From NCBI GenBank assembly GCA_944358505.1, contig CALVRG010000011.1, forward strand, positions 1 through 51,464: a stretch of DNA of 51,464 nucleotides. Direction: 5' to 3'. The stretch's first letter is position 1; every line of letters begins with the position of its first letter. This document shows positions 29,015 through 38,763 of the stretch, piece by piece. The position numbers and the translations under genes are program-made. This DNA comes from an uncultured Bacilli bacterium. Lineage in GTDB: Bacteria > Bacillota_I > Bacilli_A > RF39 > UBA660. The notes below the pieces were generated by a model. It ran no database searches. It was not told where the DNA came from and saw only the letters and a list, made by a program, of their open reading frames with translations.

Positions 29015-29068
29015 ACCTCCTTCTGGACATAAGACCTATTTCTAGGTAAGGAGTATTTAAAATACTCG
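29015..29068 (-). promoter_or_regulatory. S6:S18 ribosomal-protein leader (autoregulatory RNA)
   Basis: Minus strand CTCCTT-AC-CTA-GAAA-TAGG...CCA-GAAGGAGG: the outer stem sequesters the rpsF SD, with a CCR internal-loop motif. Confidence 0.7.
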
Positions 29069-29221
29069 CTAGTATTATAACAAAAATAAAAATAAAAGTC
29101 TATTGTTTTCTTTATCTTTTTTTAATACTGCTATAATAAATTATTATTCTACTTATAATAGAGTATGGTAAATTTCAAAGGAAACAAGCATTTTATTTTC
29201 TACAACTTTTTATTTTATTTT

Positions 29222-30319
29222 TTATACATTAAATCTAAAGTGACAAATATCACCATCTTGCATTATATAATCTTTTCCTTCAAGTCTTGCTTTCCCTGCT
29301 TCTCTTGCTTTCGATTCGCTTCCACAATTTATTAAATCATTATATGAAATAACTTCTGCTTTTATAAATCCTTTTTCAAAGTCTGTATGAATAATTCCAG
29401 CACATTTTTTAGCATTCATTTCTTTTTTAAAAGTCCATGCTCTTACTTCATCAGGACCAACAGTAAAATATGTAGCTAATCCAAGTAAATCGTATGTTGC
29501 ACTAATCAAAGTATCAAGGCCACTTTCTTTTAATCCTAAAGCTTTTAACATTTCTTTTGCATCATCATCTTCTAATTCACTTAATTCTTCTTCTACTTTA
29601 GCACAGATTACTATTACTTTAGCATTTTCTTTACTAGCATATTCTTTAACTCTTTTTACATATTCATTTTCTATTTCTAAATCATTTTCATTTACATTCG
29701 CAAGATATATTAAAGGTTTACTTGTTAATAGGTTAAAGCTTTTAATTATTTCTTTTTCTTCTTTAGTTAATTCTATTAATCTAATTGGATTATTTTCTTC
29801 TAATTCTTTTTTTATTTTATCTAATGTTTCATATTCTAAAAGTTCATCTTTATCTTTACTCATTCTTGCCTTTTTACTTATACGATTAATTCTATTAGTT
29901 ACTACTTCTAAATCAGCTAGGACTAATTCTAAATTGATTGTTTCTATATCTCTTATTGGATCAATATCACCATCTACATGAATAATATTTCCATTATCAA
30001 AGCATCTTACCACTTCACAAATAGCATCTACTTCTCTTATATGTGATAAGAATTTATTACCTAATCCTTCTCCTTTACTTGCTCCCTTTACAAGGCCTGC
30101 AACATCAATGAACTCATAACTAGTATATATTGTTCTTTTTGGATTATACATTTCTGCTAATTTATCTATTCTTTTATCTCTAACATTTACTACACCAACA
30201 TTTGGTTCTATTGTAGCAAAAGGATAATTTTCTGCTAGTATGTGTGTTTTAGTAATAGCGTTAAATAACGTACTTTTGCCTACATTAGGCAATCCAATTA
30301 TTCCTGCTTTTAAACTCAT
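29222..30319 (-). CDS. ychF: Redox-regulated ATPase YchF
   Basis: GIIGLPNVGKST, NYPFATIEPN, GASKGEGLGNKFL and IHTDFEKGFI; ends FRFNV. True start is MSLKAG at 30319, not 30466. Confidence 0.97.
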   Translation of the reverse strand: MSLKAGIIGLPNVGKSTLFNAITKTHILAENYPFATIEPNVGVVNVRDKRIDKLAEMYNPKRTIYTSYEFIDVAGLVKGASKGEGLGNKFLSHIREVDAICEVVRCFDNGNIIHVDGDIDPIRDIETINLELVLADLEVVTNRINRISKKARMSKDKDELLEYETLDKIKKELEENNPIRLIELTKEEKEIIKSFNLLTSKPLIYLANVNENDLEIENEYVKRVKEYASKENAKVIVICAKVEEELSELEDDDAKEMLKALGLKESGLDTLISATYDLLGLATYFTVGPDEVRAWTFKKEMNAKKCAGIIHTDFEKGFIKAEVISYNDLINCGSESKAREAGKARLEGKDYIMQDGDICHFRFNV

Positions 30320-30393
30320 ATATAATACCTCTTTTCTTTTGTTTATTATATCATTTTTTAGTTTTTTTTCAAAGAAAAAATACCTTACGGTAT

Positions 30394-31992
30394 TTAAATC
30401 GTGGAAAATACTCCTGGGCCTAATGGAAGACCGATTAAGTACCATCCTATTATTAATAATATCCAAGTTATAGATATTATACCAAAATATGGAAGTACAT
30501 ATGATATACTTTTATGTATTGTAATTGGTTTGGTCTTATTTTGGTTATATACATTTAAATATCCTATATATATTGCAAAGCAAGCTAATAAAGGCGTAAT
30601 TCCTGCCGTTATGGATGTTCCTGCTCTTAATATAAATTGGGCAAAGGGAGCAGAAATATTTGATTGCATGAAAGCAGGGACCATAACTGGTGCAAATATT
30701 TCCCATTTACTACTAGCTGTTGGAACAAATATATTAGCTATTGCTATCATTATAATTGAGAATATAACTAAAGGAAGTCCAGTAAATCCTATATTACCAG
30801 TAGCACTAGCACACCAAGAAGCAATAACTGTACCTATATTTGTTTGCTTAAATACTGATGTAAATTGCGATACAACAAATATAAGCATTAGTATTTCTCC
30901 TATAGGCATAAATGTTTCTTTACATCCATTTATAATATCTTTATCATTTTTTATACTTTTTGCACCGATACCATAGGCAATTCCTACAAGTGTTAAGAGC
31001 AAAGCCATCATATATGTAAATCCATCTTGAAAGTATGAAGATGTACCAAATAATTGACCCAAATAAGTATCTTCATTCATGTCTAACAACATACCAGAAT
31101 ATGGTAAATTCGGTATTATCATATATATGAATAATACTATTAAAGTTATGGCAGTAATTAAAGCTGCTTTTAAACCTCTTTTTTCTTTTTTTTCTTTTTC
31201 TATTTTTTGTTGTTCTAACTCTTTAGCATCAGCAATTATTAATTCTTCCGTTTTAGACAATTCTTCTTTTTCTTTATATTTACCAAGACGTGGTGCAATT
31301 ATTTTTTCAATTATTATAGTACCTACAATTGATAAAATTATAGAAAAAACTATAATTATAAATAAATTTGAAGTCAGACTAATGTGTGCTGATGCATCTA
31401 TAAGTCTTGCAGCAGAAGTAGTATCTGGAATTAGGTTAACTTCCATACTACCTACAAATAATGATACCCCATAACCAAAACTAGCACCTGAGAAGGCTGC
31501 TATAATTCCTAAATAAGGATTTCTATTATTTAAAAGAAATAATAGTGCTGATATTGGTATTAGAATTACATAACCCACATCATTTATTAAAGAAGAAATT
31601 GTAGCTATAAAAATGATAATAAAGGTAAGTATATTTTTATTTGTTTTTATTAAAATTCTTTTGCATAATGTTTCTAAAAAACCAGTTGAATTTGCAATAC
31701 TTAATCCAAATAAAGTCAAAAGCAGCATTCCAAGTGGGGCGAAACTTAAAAAGTTTGTCATGGCATTACTAAAAATATATTTCATGCCATCGAAGTTTAA
31801 CATATTTTCTACAGTTATCAAATTGCTTTCTAATTCATTAGTTGTAGGACTGATTGTATTATATGTTGCTTGCATTTGTAATCCTGATAAAATTGCGCTT
31901 AAAATTAATAATAGAATAGTAAGAATTATATATACTGTTATAGGATGAAAATAAAATTTCTTTAGTTTTAGTTTTCTTTTACCTTGCATCAT
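30394..31992 (-). CDS. AbgT family transporter
   Basis: FHPITVY, NFLSFAPLG, PYLGIIAAFSG, SASSKWEIFAP-like segment, TPL, and GWYLIGLPLGPG terminus. Confidence 0.88.
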   Translation of the reverse strand: MMQGKRKLKLKKFYFHPITVYIILTILLLILSAILSGLQMQATYNTISPTTNELESNLITVENMLNFDGMKYIFSNAMTNFLSFAPLGMLLLTLFGLSIANSTGFLETLCKRILIKTNKNILTFIIIFIATISSLINDVGYVILIPISALLFLLNNRNPYLGIIAAFSGASFGYGVSLFVGSMEVNLIPDTTSAARLIDASAHISLTSNLFIIIVFSIILSIVGTIIIEKIIAPRLGKYKEKEELSKTEELIIADAKELEQQKIEKEKKEKRGLKAALITAITLIVLFIYMIIPNLPYSGMLLDMNEDTYLGQLFGTSSYFQDGFTYMMALLLTLVGIAYGIGAKSIKNDKDIINGCKETFMPIGEILMLIFVVSQFTSVFKQTNIGTVIASWCASATGNIGFTGLPLVIFSIIMIAIANIFVPTASSKWEIFAPVMVPAFMQSNISAPFAQFILRAGTSITAGITPLLACFAIYIGYLNVYNQNKTKPITIHKSISYVLPYFGIISITWILLIIGWYLIGLPLGPGVFSTI

Positions 31993-32185
31993 TATTCTCC
32001 TTTTCTATTATTTTTTTTATTTTCTTATTAAATTCTATTCTTGGCATAAAGATTAGCCTACCACAGCCCGTACATTTTAGTTTAATATCTGCTCCTAATC
32101 TTACTATTTCCCAGTTATTTACACCACATGGATGTCCTTTTTTTAATATTACTCTATCTCCTAAAGTATATTGTTTATTTTCCAT
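31979..32185 (-). CDS. DUF951 (YyzM-like) protein
   Basis: LKKGHPCGVNNWEIVRLGADIKLKCTGCGR. Confidence 0.92.
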   Translation of the reverse strand: MENKQYTLGDRVILKKGHPCGVNNWEIVRLGADIKLKCTGCGRLIFMPRIEFNKKIKKIIEKENNDAR

Positions 32186-32987
32186 TATGAACCTCCATAT
32201 GTGCTTGTGGCAATTTAACATTTGCTTTTAATAAGGCACTTTGAAAATCTCTTCTCATATTCCTTTGTATGTCAAAATCATGTCCTGATTTTGTTTTAAC
32301 CGCTACCTTATATGTTACGGAGTTTTGATCTATCATTTCAACTCCCCATAATTCTGTATTTCCTTTTAAATATTGATATGTTTTATCTATATTTGCCATT
32401 GTTTTTCTAATTATTTTTTCTACTTCATCTAAATCATTTGCATAATCTACAGATATATTTACTTCTGCTAATGATGGATTTAAGCTATAATTTGTTACTT
32501 CTGTAATCATGTGATTTGCTATTATTTGTACTGCTCCTTTATAATCTCTTACTCTTGTTGTCTTTAATCCCATTTCAATTACATCACCACGGAATCCATT
32601 AATCATTACATTATCTCCTATTTCAAATTGATCTTCCATTACAATTGAAATACCCGCGATAAAATCTTTTGCTAAATCTTGAAAAGCAAGTGTTAAAACT
32701 GCAGCCATTATTCCTAATCCTGCAAATATTTTACTAACATCTAGCCCAAAACTTCCTATAATAATCAATATTGTTAAAAATATTATTATATATTTCAAAC
32801 AGTTATTAATTAAACTTAGAGTTGTTGTAACTCTTTTTCTATTTTTTGAAGATATTTTTTTAGCATGTAGAGCTCTATTAATAAAGAAAGTTAATATATT
32901 ATAGAAAATATAAGCAAAGGCTATATATATTATAGGTCTAACTATATATATAAATATATCGGATTTTATAAATTCTTGCAAAAGCAA
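32175..32987 (-). CDS. mscS: Small-conductance mechanosensitive channel
   Basis: AFQDLAKDFIAG, EDQFEIGDNV and GLKTTRVRD motifs. Confidence 0.9.
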   Translation of the reverse strand: MLLQEFIKSDIFIYIVRPIIYIAFAYIFYNILTFFINRALHAKKISSKNRKRVTTTLSLINNCLKYIIIFLTILIIIGSFGLDVSKIFAGLGIMAAVLTLAFQDLAKDFIAGISIVMEDQFEIGDNVMINGFRGDVIEMGLKTTRVRDYKGAVQIIANHMITEVTNYSLNPSLAEVNISVDYANDLDEVEKIIRKTMANIDKTYQYLKGNTELWGVEMIDQNSVTYKVAVKTKSGHDFDIQRNMRRDFQSALLKANVKLPQAHMEVHNGK

Positions 32988-32995
32988 TACCTCCT

Positions 32996-33877
32996 TTATT
33001 TGTCTAGATGCATAATTTCTAATATTCTTGTTAAGTCATTGGTATTAGTAAAATTAATTTCTAATTTATTATTTTTTATTTTTACTTTAGTTCCTAATTT
33101 TTCACATAAGTCATTTTCTAGAAAAGAGTATTCATTATTTTTAGGCTTTTTATTAGTCATTTCTTTTTTTCGATGATAATCTTCTTTTGAATTTGTTAAC
33201 TCTTCTAGTTTTCTAACACTTAAGTTCTCTACAATTACTTTATCTGCTAAACTTATGGCCTGTTCTTTATCTTCTAGCTTACTTAGTACTCTAGCATGTC
33301 CCATACTAAGTTCACCTTTCATTACCTCATCCTTTATTTCACTTGGTAATGTTAAAAGTCCTAACATGTTTGTAATATGACTTCTAGATTTGCCAACTTT
33401 AATTGCTAATTCTTCTTGGGTTAAATTCAACTTTGTTTTAAGTGAATTATATGCTTCTGCTTCTTCAAGAGCACTTAAATTTTCTCTTTGTAGATTTTCA
33501 AGCAAGGCTATTTCCATCATCTCTTCATCTGTAAAATCTTTTATTATGGCAGGTATTGTTGTAAGACCTGCTAATTTACTTGCTTTTACACGTCGTTCTC
33601 CAGCTATTATTTCATAACCTTTAATACTTTTTTTAGCAATTATAGGTTGAAAAACTCCATGCTCTTTAATTGACGATGCTAATTCATTCAAACTTTCTTC
33701 ATCAAAATTTTTACGTGGTTGATAAGGATTGCTTCTTAATTCTTCTAGGTTTAAATTTATAATTTGCTCTTTTGGAGTTGAATTTATTATATTTTCTTCT
33801 ACTTTAGAAATATCTAATTGTTCATTATTAAATAATTCTTCAAGTCCTCTTCCTAAAGCTCTTCTTTTATTTTCCAT
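32996..33877 (-). CDS. parB: Chromosome partitioning protein ParB/Spo0J
   Basis: ALGRGL, NPYQPRK, IIAGERR, ENLQRENL, GKSRSHITN and MGHAR motifs. Confidence 0.96.
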   Translation of the reverse strand: MENKRRALGRGLEELFNNEQLDISKVEENIINSTPKEQIINLNLEELRSNPYQPRKNFDEESLNELASSIKEHGVFQPIIAKKSIKGYEIIAGERRVKASKLAGLTTIPAIIKDFTDEEMMEIALLENLQRENLSALEEAEAYNSLKTKLNLTQEELAIKVGKSRSHITNMLGLLTLPSEIKDEVMKGELSMGHARVLSKLEDKEQAISLADKVIVENLSVRKLEELTNSKEDYHRKKEMTNKKPKNNEYSFLENDLCEKLGTKVKIKNNKLEINFTNTNDLTRILEIMHLDK

Positions 33878-34655
33878 TTCTATCAATCACTTCCTTTGCT
33901 AGGTTTAAGTATGCTTCTGAACCTTTACTTTTAGGATCATAGACTATTATTGGTTCACCATGTGATGGAGCTTCTGTTAGTCTTATTAATCTTGGTATAA
34001 TAGTATTATATACTTTTTCTTTAAAAAATTTTCTTATATCATCTACAACCTCAAATCCAAGATTTGTTCTTGAATCTAACATAGTTAATAAGACACCTTC
34101 TATATCTAGATTTGGATTTAACTGTTTTTGAGCAAGCCTTATAGTATTAAGTAATTGCATAATTCCTTCTAAGGCAAAAAACTCACATTGTACTGGTATT
34201 ATTACAGAATTACTTGCAGTTAATGCATTTGTAGTTATTAAACCCAATGAAGGAGGACAATCTATTATTATAAAATCAAAATTTTCATCAGCCAATTCTT
34301 CCAAATGATATTTAAGTTGTGCTCCTTTTGCAAATCCTGGTTCACTTTGGCTCTTTTCTAATAGCTCTATATCAAGCCCTGCTAAATTTATAGTTGCAGG
34401 CAAAACATATAATTGTTTATATTTAGTTTTTACTAAAGCTTCTTTTGTACTGCATTTATTTGTTAAAACATCATATACACTTAAACTTATATCACCTTTG
34501 TTAATACCAACTCCTGTTGTTGTATTTCCTTGGGGATCTAAGTCAATTAGTAATACTTTTTTTCCAAGAAATGCTAAAGAGGCTGAAAGGTTAATACTTG
34601 TCGTTGTCTTACCTACTCCACCTTTTTGGTTTACTAAAGAAATTACCTTTGCCAT
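33867..34655 (-). CDS. parA: ParA/Soj ATPase
   Basis: NQKGGVGKTTT, DLDPQGN, IIDCPPSLG and EAPSHG motifs. Confidence 0.97.
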   Translation of the reverse strand: MAKVISLVNQKGGVGKTTTSINLSASLAFLGKKVLLIDLDPQGNTTTGVGINKGDISLSVYDVLTNKCSTKEALVKTKYKQLYVLPATINLAGLDIELLEKSQSEPGFAKGAQLKYHLEELADENFDFIIIDCPPSLGLITTNALTASNSVIIPVQCEFFALEGIMQLLNTIRLAQKQLNPNLDIEGVLLTMLDSRTNLGFEVVDDIRKFFKEKVYNTIIPRLIRLTEAPSHGEPIIVYDPKSKGSEAYLNLAKEVIDRNGK

Positions 34656-34730
34656 TTTATCACTCTCTTCTCCTACTCATCTTTTTTATTGTATCAAAAA
34701 TATATTATTATGAAAAGAATTTTATCTAAA

Positions 34731-34753
34731 AAAGTAGATTTTTACTCTACTTT
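34731..34753 (-). terminator. Terminator after noc-like gene
   Basis: AAAGTAGA-TTTTTAC-TCTACTTT inverted repeat with a flanking A-run. Confidence 0.6.
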
Positions 34754-36186
34754 TATTGCTCATTATTTTCTTTAGATATCTTTATTGTAATTTGATAGTT
34801 GTTAACAAGATCTATTTCTTCACTATCTATTTTAACTCCACTATTTTCTATTTCTTTTAAAGTTTTTCTAATTAATTCTATAGATTCATTTAAAGTATAT
34901 TTTTGTTTATTATTTTTTTCTTTTTCTTCTTTATTTAAAATTGTATCTTTAAAAAGCGGATTGCTAGCAAATGGATTATTAAATGTATCAACTTCTATAT
35001 TAGTTGTTTCTTGAGGCCTATCATTACCATCGTTAACGCTCGATAAAAGATTATCCATAGATGTACTTGTTATATCATTTAAATTTTTTGTATCTCCGGT
35101 TAAATTAAAAGGATTATCATTTTTAAATGGTGCATCTATAGGAACTTGAGTTTCAAATATTTGTGAAATATTTTTTTCTTTTGCTTCATTTTTCTCTTCT
35201 TCATCATTGATTGGTGTAAAAAATTTAAAGTTGTTATTTGGTATCTCAGTTTGATTTTCTTCTTTTGGAGTTACTTTTAAAAATTTTTCTACATCTTGAG
35301 GTTTTTCTTCTATATTAATATCCTTTGCATTATCTTTTATAGCATTAATATCAATTGATTTTGTAGCTGTACTTTCTAAATTTTCATTCATATTTGGAAT
35401 ATCATAATCAATAAATTTAGGTGGTGTTGAATAATCTATTCCTATGTTATTATTAAATTCATTTACACTATTACTACTACTTCCTGAATTTCCAAAGTCT
35501 AGGAATTCAGTATTTATCTTATTTGTATTCATCGATGCTTGATTTAGTATTTTATCAATATCATTAGGAGTTATTTCTTCTTTTGGCTTAATTTTTTCTT
35601 CTAGTTCTCTAACTGTTAATTTATTATTTATTACTTCTTTTAATAGTTTCTTTTGTGTATCAGAATCTTTAGCATTTAAAAGTGCTCTAGCGTGACGCTC
35701 TGATATTTGTTCTTTTAATAAAGCATCTTGTACTTCATCCGTAAGTGATAAAAGTCTTATTTTATTTGCAACTGCACTTTGACTCTTTCCCATAGTTTTA
35801 GCAAGTTCTTCTTGAGTCATTTGATCTATTTCAAGAATTTTTTGGTATGTTTTTGCTTCTTCAATAGGGTTTAGGTTTTTACGTTGTAAATTTTCAAGTA
35901 ATGCTACTTTACTACTTTCCTTATCATCTAAATTACGAATTATAGCCGGAATAGTTGTAAGTCCTGCCATGGCAGATGCTTTATAACGACGTTCTCCTGC
36001 TATTATTTCGTATTTATTACCTATATTACGAACAATTATTGGTTGAATAACACCATGTTCTTTTATAGAGACAGCTAGTTCTTTCAAAGCTTTTTCATCA
36101 AAAACTTGTCTTGGTTGAAATCTATTAGGAATTATATCTTCTAAATGTAAGTATACTACTTCGTTTTCTTTTGTTTCCATTCTCAT
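34753..36186 (-). CDS. noc: Noc-like ParB-family protein with long disordered insertion
   Basis: PNRFQPR, IIAGERR, GKSQSAVANKIRLL and ISERHAR (Noc-type). C-terminal EEIDLVNNYQITIKISK; lies between rsmG and parA. Confidence 0.82.
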   Translation of the reverse strand: MRMETKENEVVYLHLEDIIPNRFQPRQVFDEKALKELAVSIKEHGVIQPIIVRNIGNKYEIIAGERRYKASAMAGLTTIPAIIRNLDDKESSKVALLENLQRKNLNPIEEAKTYQKILEIDQMTQEELAKTMGKSQSAVANKIRLLSLTDEVQDALLKEQISERHARALLNAKDSDTQKKLLKEVINNKLTVRELEEKIKPKEEITPNDIDKILNQASMNTNKINTEFLDFGNSGSSSNSVNEFNNNIGIDYSTPPKFIDYDIPNMNENLESTATKSIDINAIKDNAKDINIEEKPQDVEKFLKVTPKEENQTEIPNNNFKFFTPINDEEEKNEAKEKNISQIFETQVPIDAPFKNDNPFNLTGDTKNLNDITSTSMDNLLSSVNDGNDRPQETTNIEVDTFNNPFASNPLFKDTILNKEEKEKNNKQKYTLNESIELIRKTLKEIENSGVKIDSEEIDLVNNYQITIKISKENNEQ

Positions 36187-36241
36187 ACCCTCTTTATCCT
36201 ATTATTACTATTAACATTATATCATTAATTGAATCAATTGG

Positions 36242-36889
36242 CTAGTTTTTATTTTTTATTTCTAAAATTGTCCTAATATCTCCTTTATTTGGAAGACAAA
36301 ACTCTTCTTTTTTATTTATATACCATTTATTTTTTTCTAGAATATCTTTTGACAAATTTAGTTCTTCTAAAACTTTACCTTTCATTGCTAATAAACTGCC
36401 ATTTTTATTGACTAATGGCATTGTCCATAAAAGTAATTTAGGTAATGGTGCTACTGCTCTTGCTGTTACAATATCATATTTTTTCTTTTTCTTTATTAAA
36501 TCCTCAGCTCTAATATGGTATGCTTTTATTTTTTTTAAATTAAGTTTTTTGATTAAACTATTTAAGTAATTTACTCTTTTTTGTAGTGAATCTACTAATG
36601 TAATGTTTATATTTGGATAAAATATTTTTAATACTAATCCGGGAAAACCAGCACCTGTTCCAATATCACAAAGTGTTTGAACTTTTTCTAAGTCATATAT
36701 TTTTGCTAAAGTTAAACTATCATAAAAATGTTTTAGATAAACATCTGTTTTAGATGTAATTCTAGTTAAGTTCATAGTTTGATTTGTTTCAACCATAGTA
36801 GTATAAATTATTTCTAGATTTTCTAACATTTCTTTGGTTGGTTTAATTCCTAACTTCTCTAACTCTGATTTAAACTCTTCTAAGCTCAT
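36242..36889 (-). CDS. rsmG: 16S rRNA m7G527 methyltransferase
   Basis: NLTRIT, KHFYDSL, DIGTGAGFPG and TARAVA motifs. Confidence 0.97.
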   Translation of the reverse strand: MSLEEFKSELEKLGIKPTKEMLENLEIIYTTMVETNQTMNLTRITSKTDVYLKHFYDSLTLAKIYDLEKVQTLCDIGTGAGFPGLVLKIFYPNINITLVDSLQKRVNYLNSLIKKLNLKKIKAYHIRAEDLIKKKKKYDIVTARAVAPLPKLLLWTMPLVNKNGSLLAMKGKVLEELNLSKDILEKNKWYINKKEEFCLPNKGDIRTILEIKNKN

Positions 36890-38755
36890 TTATGCACCTC
36901 TTTTCTTTAAATAAATAGAAATTATAGCAATATCAGAAGGATTAACTCCACTAATACGACTAGCTTGCCCAAGTGTTAATGGTCTTATTTCTTCTAACTT
37001 TTCTCTTGCTTCGCTTGCAATATTAGGTATATTCTTATAATCAATATCTTCTGGTATAATTTTATTCTCTAATTCCAACATTTTTTTTGCTTCTTCCATA
37101 GATTTTTTTATGTATCCTTCATATTTTATATTAATTTCTACTTCTTTTAAAACTTCATCCTTATAATTTAAGTTTTTAAAATTAAATAGATCTTCAATAG
37201 ATATTTCTGTTCTTTTTAATAAATCATATAAACTTATACTATCTTTCAAAGGAGATGTATTTAGCTCTTTTAGAATATTATTTATAGATTCTTTTGGTGT
37301 TATCTTTTCTTCTTTTAGTAAATTAGTTAGCTCTTCAATGTTTTTTTTCTTTTGCAAAAAATTTTTATAAATATCATCTTTAATTAATCCTATTTCATGA
37401 CCATATTCTCTTAACCTTAAATCAGCATTATCATCACGCAATAAAAGACGGTATTCAGCACGTGATGTTAAAAGTCTATATGGATCTTTTACTCCTTTTG
37501 TTACCAGGTCATCTATTAAAACTCCTATATAGGATTCATTTCGTTTTAAAACAAGAGGTTTTCTATTATCTATTTTTAATGAAGCATTTATTCCTGCCAT
37601 TAATCCTTGCCCTGCCGCTTCTTCGTAACCACTTGTACCATTAATTTGTCCTGCTGTATATAAATTATCTATAATCTTAGTTTCAAGGGTTGGTTTTATT
37701 TGTTTAGGATCTATAGCATCATATTCAATTGCATATGCATATTTTAATATTTTAGCATGTTCTAAACCTTTTAATGAATGGACCATTTGTTCTTGTACAT
37801 AGTGCGGCATACTAGTAGAAAAACCTTGTAAATATAAATCATCATAATAAATACTTTCTGGCTCTAAAAAAAGTTGATGACGTTCTTTGTCACTAAATCT
37901 TACTATTTTATCTTCAATAGAAGGACAATATCTAGGGCCTACTCCTTCTACATAACCTCCATACATACTTGATTCTTTTAAATGATTTTGAATAATTTTT
38001 TTTGTTTCAGCGTTTGTATAAATTAAGTAGCATGGAAGTTGATATTTATATGCAAGTGCTGTTTTATTATCATAGGAAAATGTTATATCTTCACTACTTC
38101 CTCTTTCCACTTGAAGCTTTGAAAAGTCAACACTCGATTTTTCAATACGAGGTGGTGTTCCAGTTTTCAAACGTATAATATTAAAGCCGATTTTTTTTAA
38201 AAAAGGACTTAAATAATTACTTGGCTTTTCTCCGTGAGGTCCTCCGTTTGTTTTTTCACTTCCTACTAAAATTGCACCTCTTAAATATGTTCCCGTTGTT
38301 AATATGACTGCTTTACTACTTATTGTTTCACCATTTTCTAAAATTACACCACTTGCTTTATTATTTTCTATAATTAGCTCTTTTACTAAACCTTCTTTAA
38401 TAGTTAAATTCTCTTGATTTTGCAAAGTATTTAACATCTCTTTTTTATAAATAACTTTATCAGCTTGAGCTCGTAATGCTCTAACAGCAGGTCCTTTTTT
38501 TGTATTTAACATTTTCATTTGTAAAGAACTCTTATCGGTATTTTTTGCCATTTCTCCACCTAAAGCATCTATTTCTCTTACTACAATTCCTTTAGCTGGT
38601 CCTCCAATTGAGGGATTACATGGCATGTCTGCAATGTTATCAATATTTCCAGTTACAAGAAGGGTTTTATGATTCATTCGTGAACTTGCTAATGAGGCCT
38701 CTATTCCAGCATGGCCTCCCCCTACTACTATTATTTCATATTTCAATTTAATCAC
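36890..38755 (-). CDS. mnmG: tRNA modification enzyme MnmG/GidA
   Basis: GGGHAG.EA, MPCNPSIGG, RLKTGTPPR, GPRYCPSIEDK and GQINGTSGYEEAA motifs. Confidence 0.98.
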   Translation of the reverse strand: MIKLKYEIIVVGGGHAGIEASLASSRMNHKTLLVTGNIDNIADMPCNPSIGGPAKGIVVREIDALGGEMAKNTDKSSLQMKMLNTKKGPAVRALRAQADKVIYKKEMLNTLQNQENLTIKEGLVKELIIENNKASGVILENGETISSKAVILTTGTYLRGAILVGSEKTNGGPHGEKPSNYLSPFLKKIGFNIIRLKTGTPPRIEKSSVDFSKLQVERGSSEDITFSYDNKTALAYKYQLPCYLIYTNAETKKIIQNHLKESSMYGGYVEGVGPRYCPSIEDKIVRFSDKERHQLFLEPESIYYDDLYLQGFSTSMPHYVQEQMVHSLKGLEHAKILKYAYAIEYDAIDPKQIKPTLETKIIDNLYTAGQINGTSGYEEAAGQGLMAGINASLKIDNRKPLVLKRNESYIGVLIDDLVTKGVKDPYRLLTSRAEYRLLLRDDNADLRLREYGHEIGLIKDDIYKNFLQKKKNIEELTNLLKEEKITPKESINNILKELNTSPLKDSISLYDLLKRTEISIEDLFNFKNLNYKDEVLKEVEINIKYEGYIKKSMEEAKKMLELENKIIPEDIDYKNIPNIASEAREKLEEIRPLTLGQASRISGVNPSDIAIISIYLKKRGA

Positions 38756-38763
38756 TTCTTTCT

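Noticed and set aside
30320-30466. Apparent N-terminal extension of YchF overlapping abgT
   Set aside because: ORF-caller artefact; the SD-supported start is at 30319.
32996-36241. parS sites near parAB
   Set aside because: No TGTTNCACGTGAAACA-like palindrome was seen by eye; a computational scan is needed before claiming absence.
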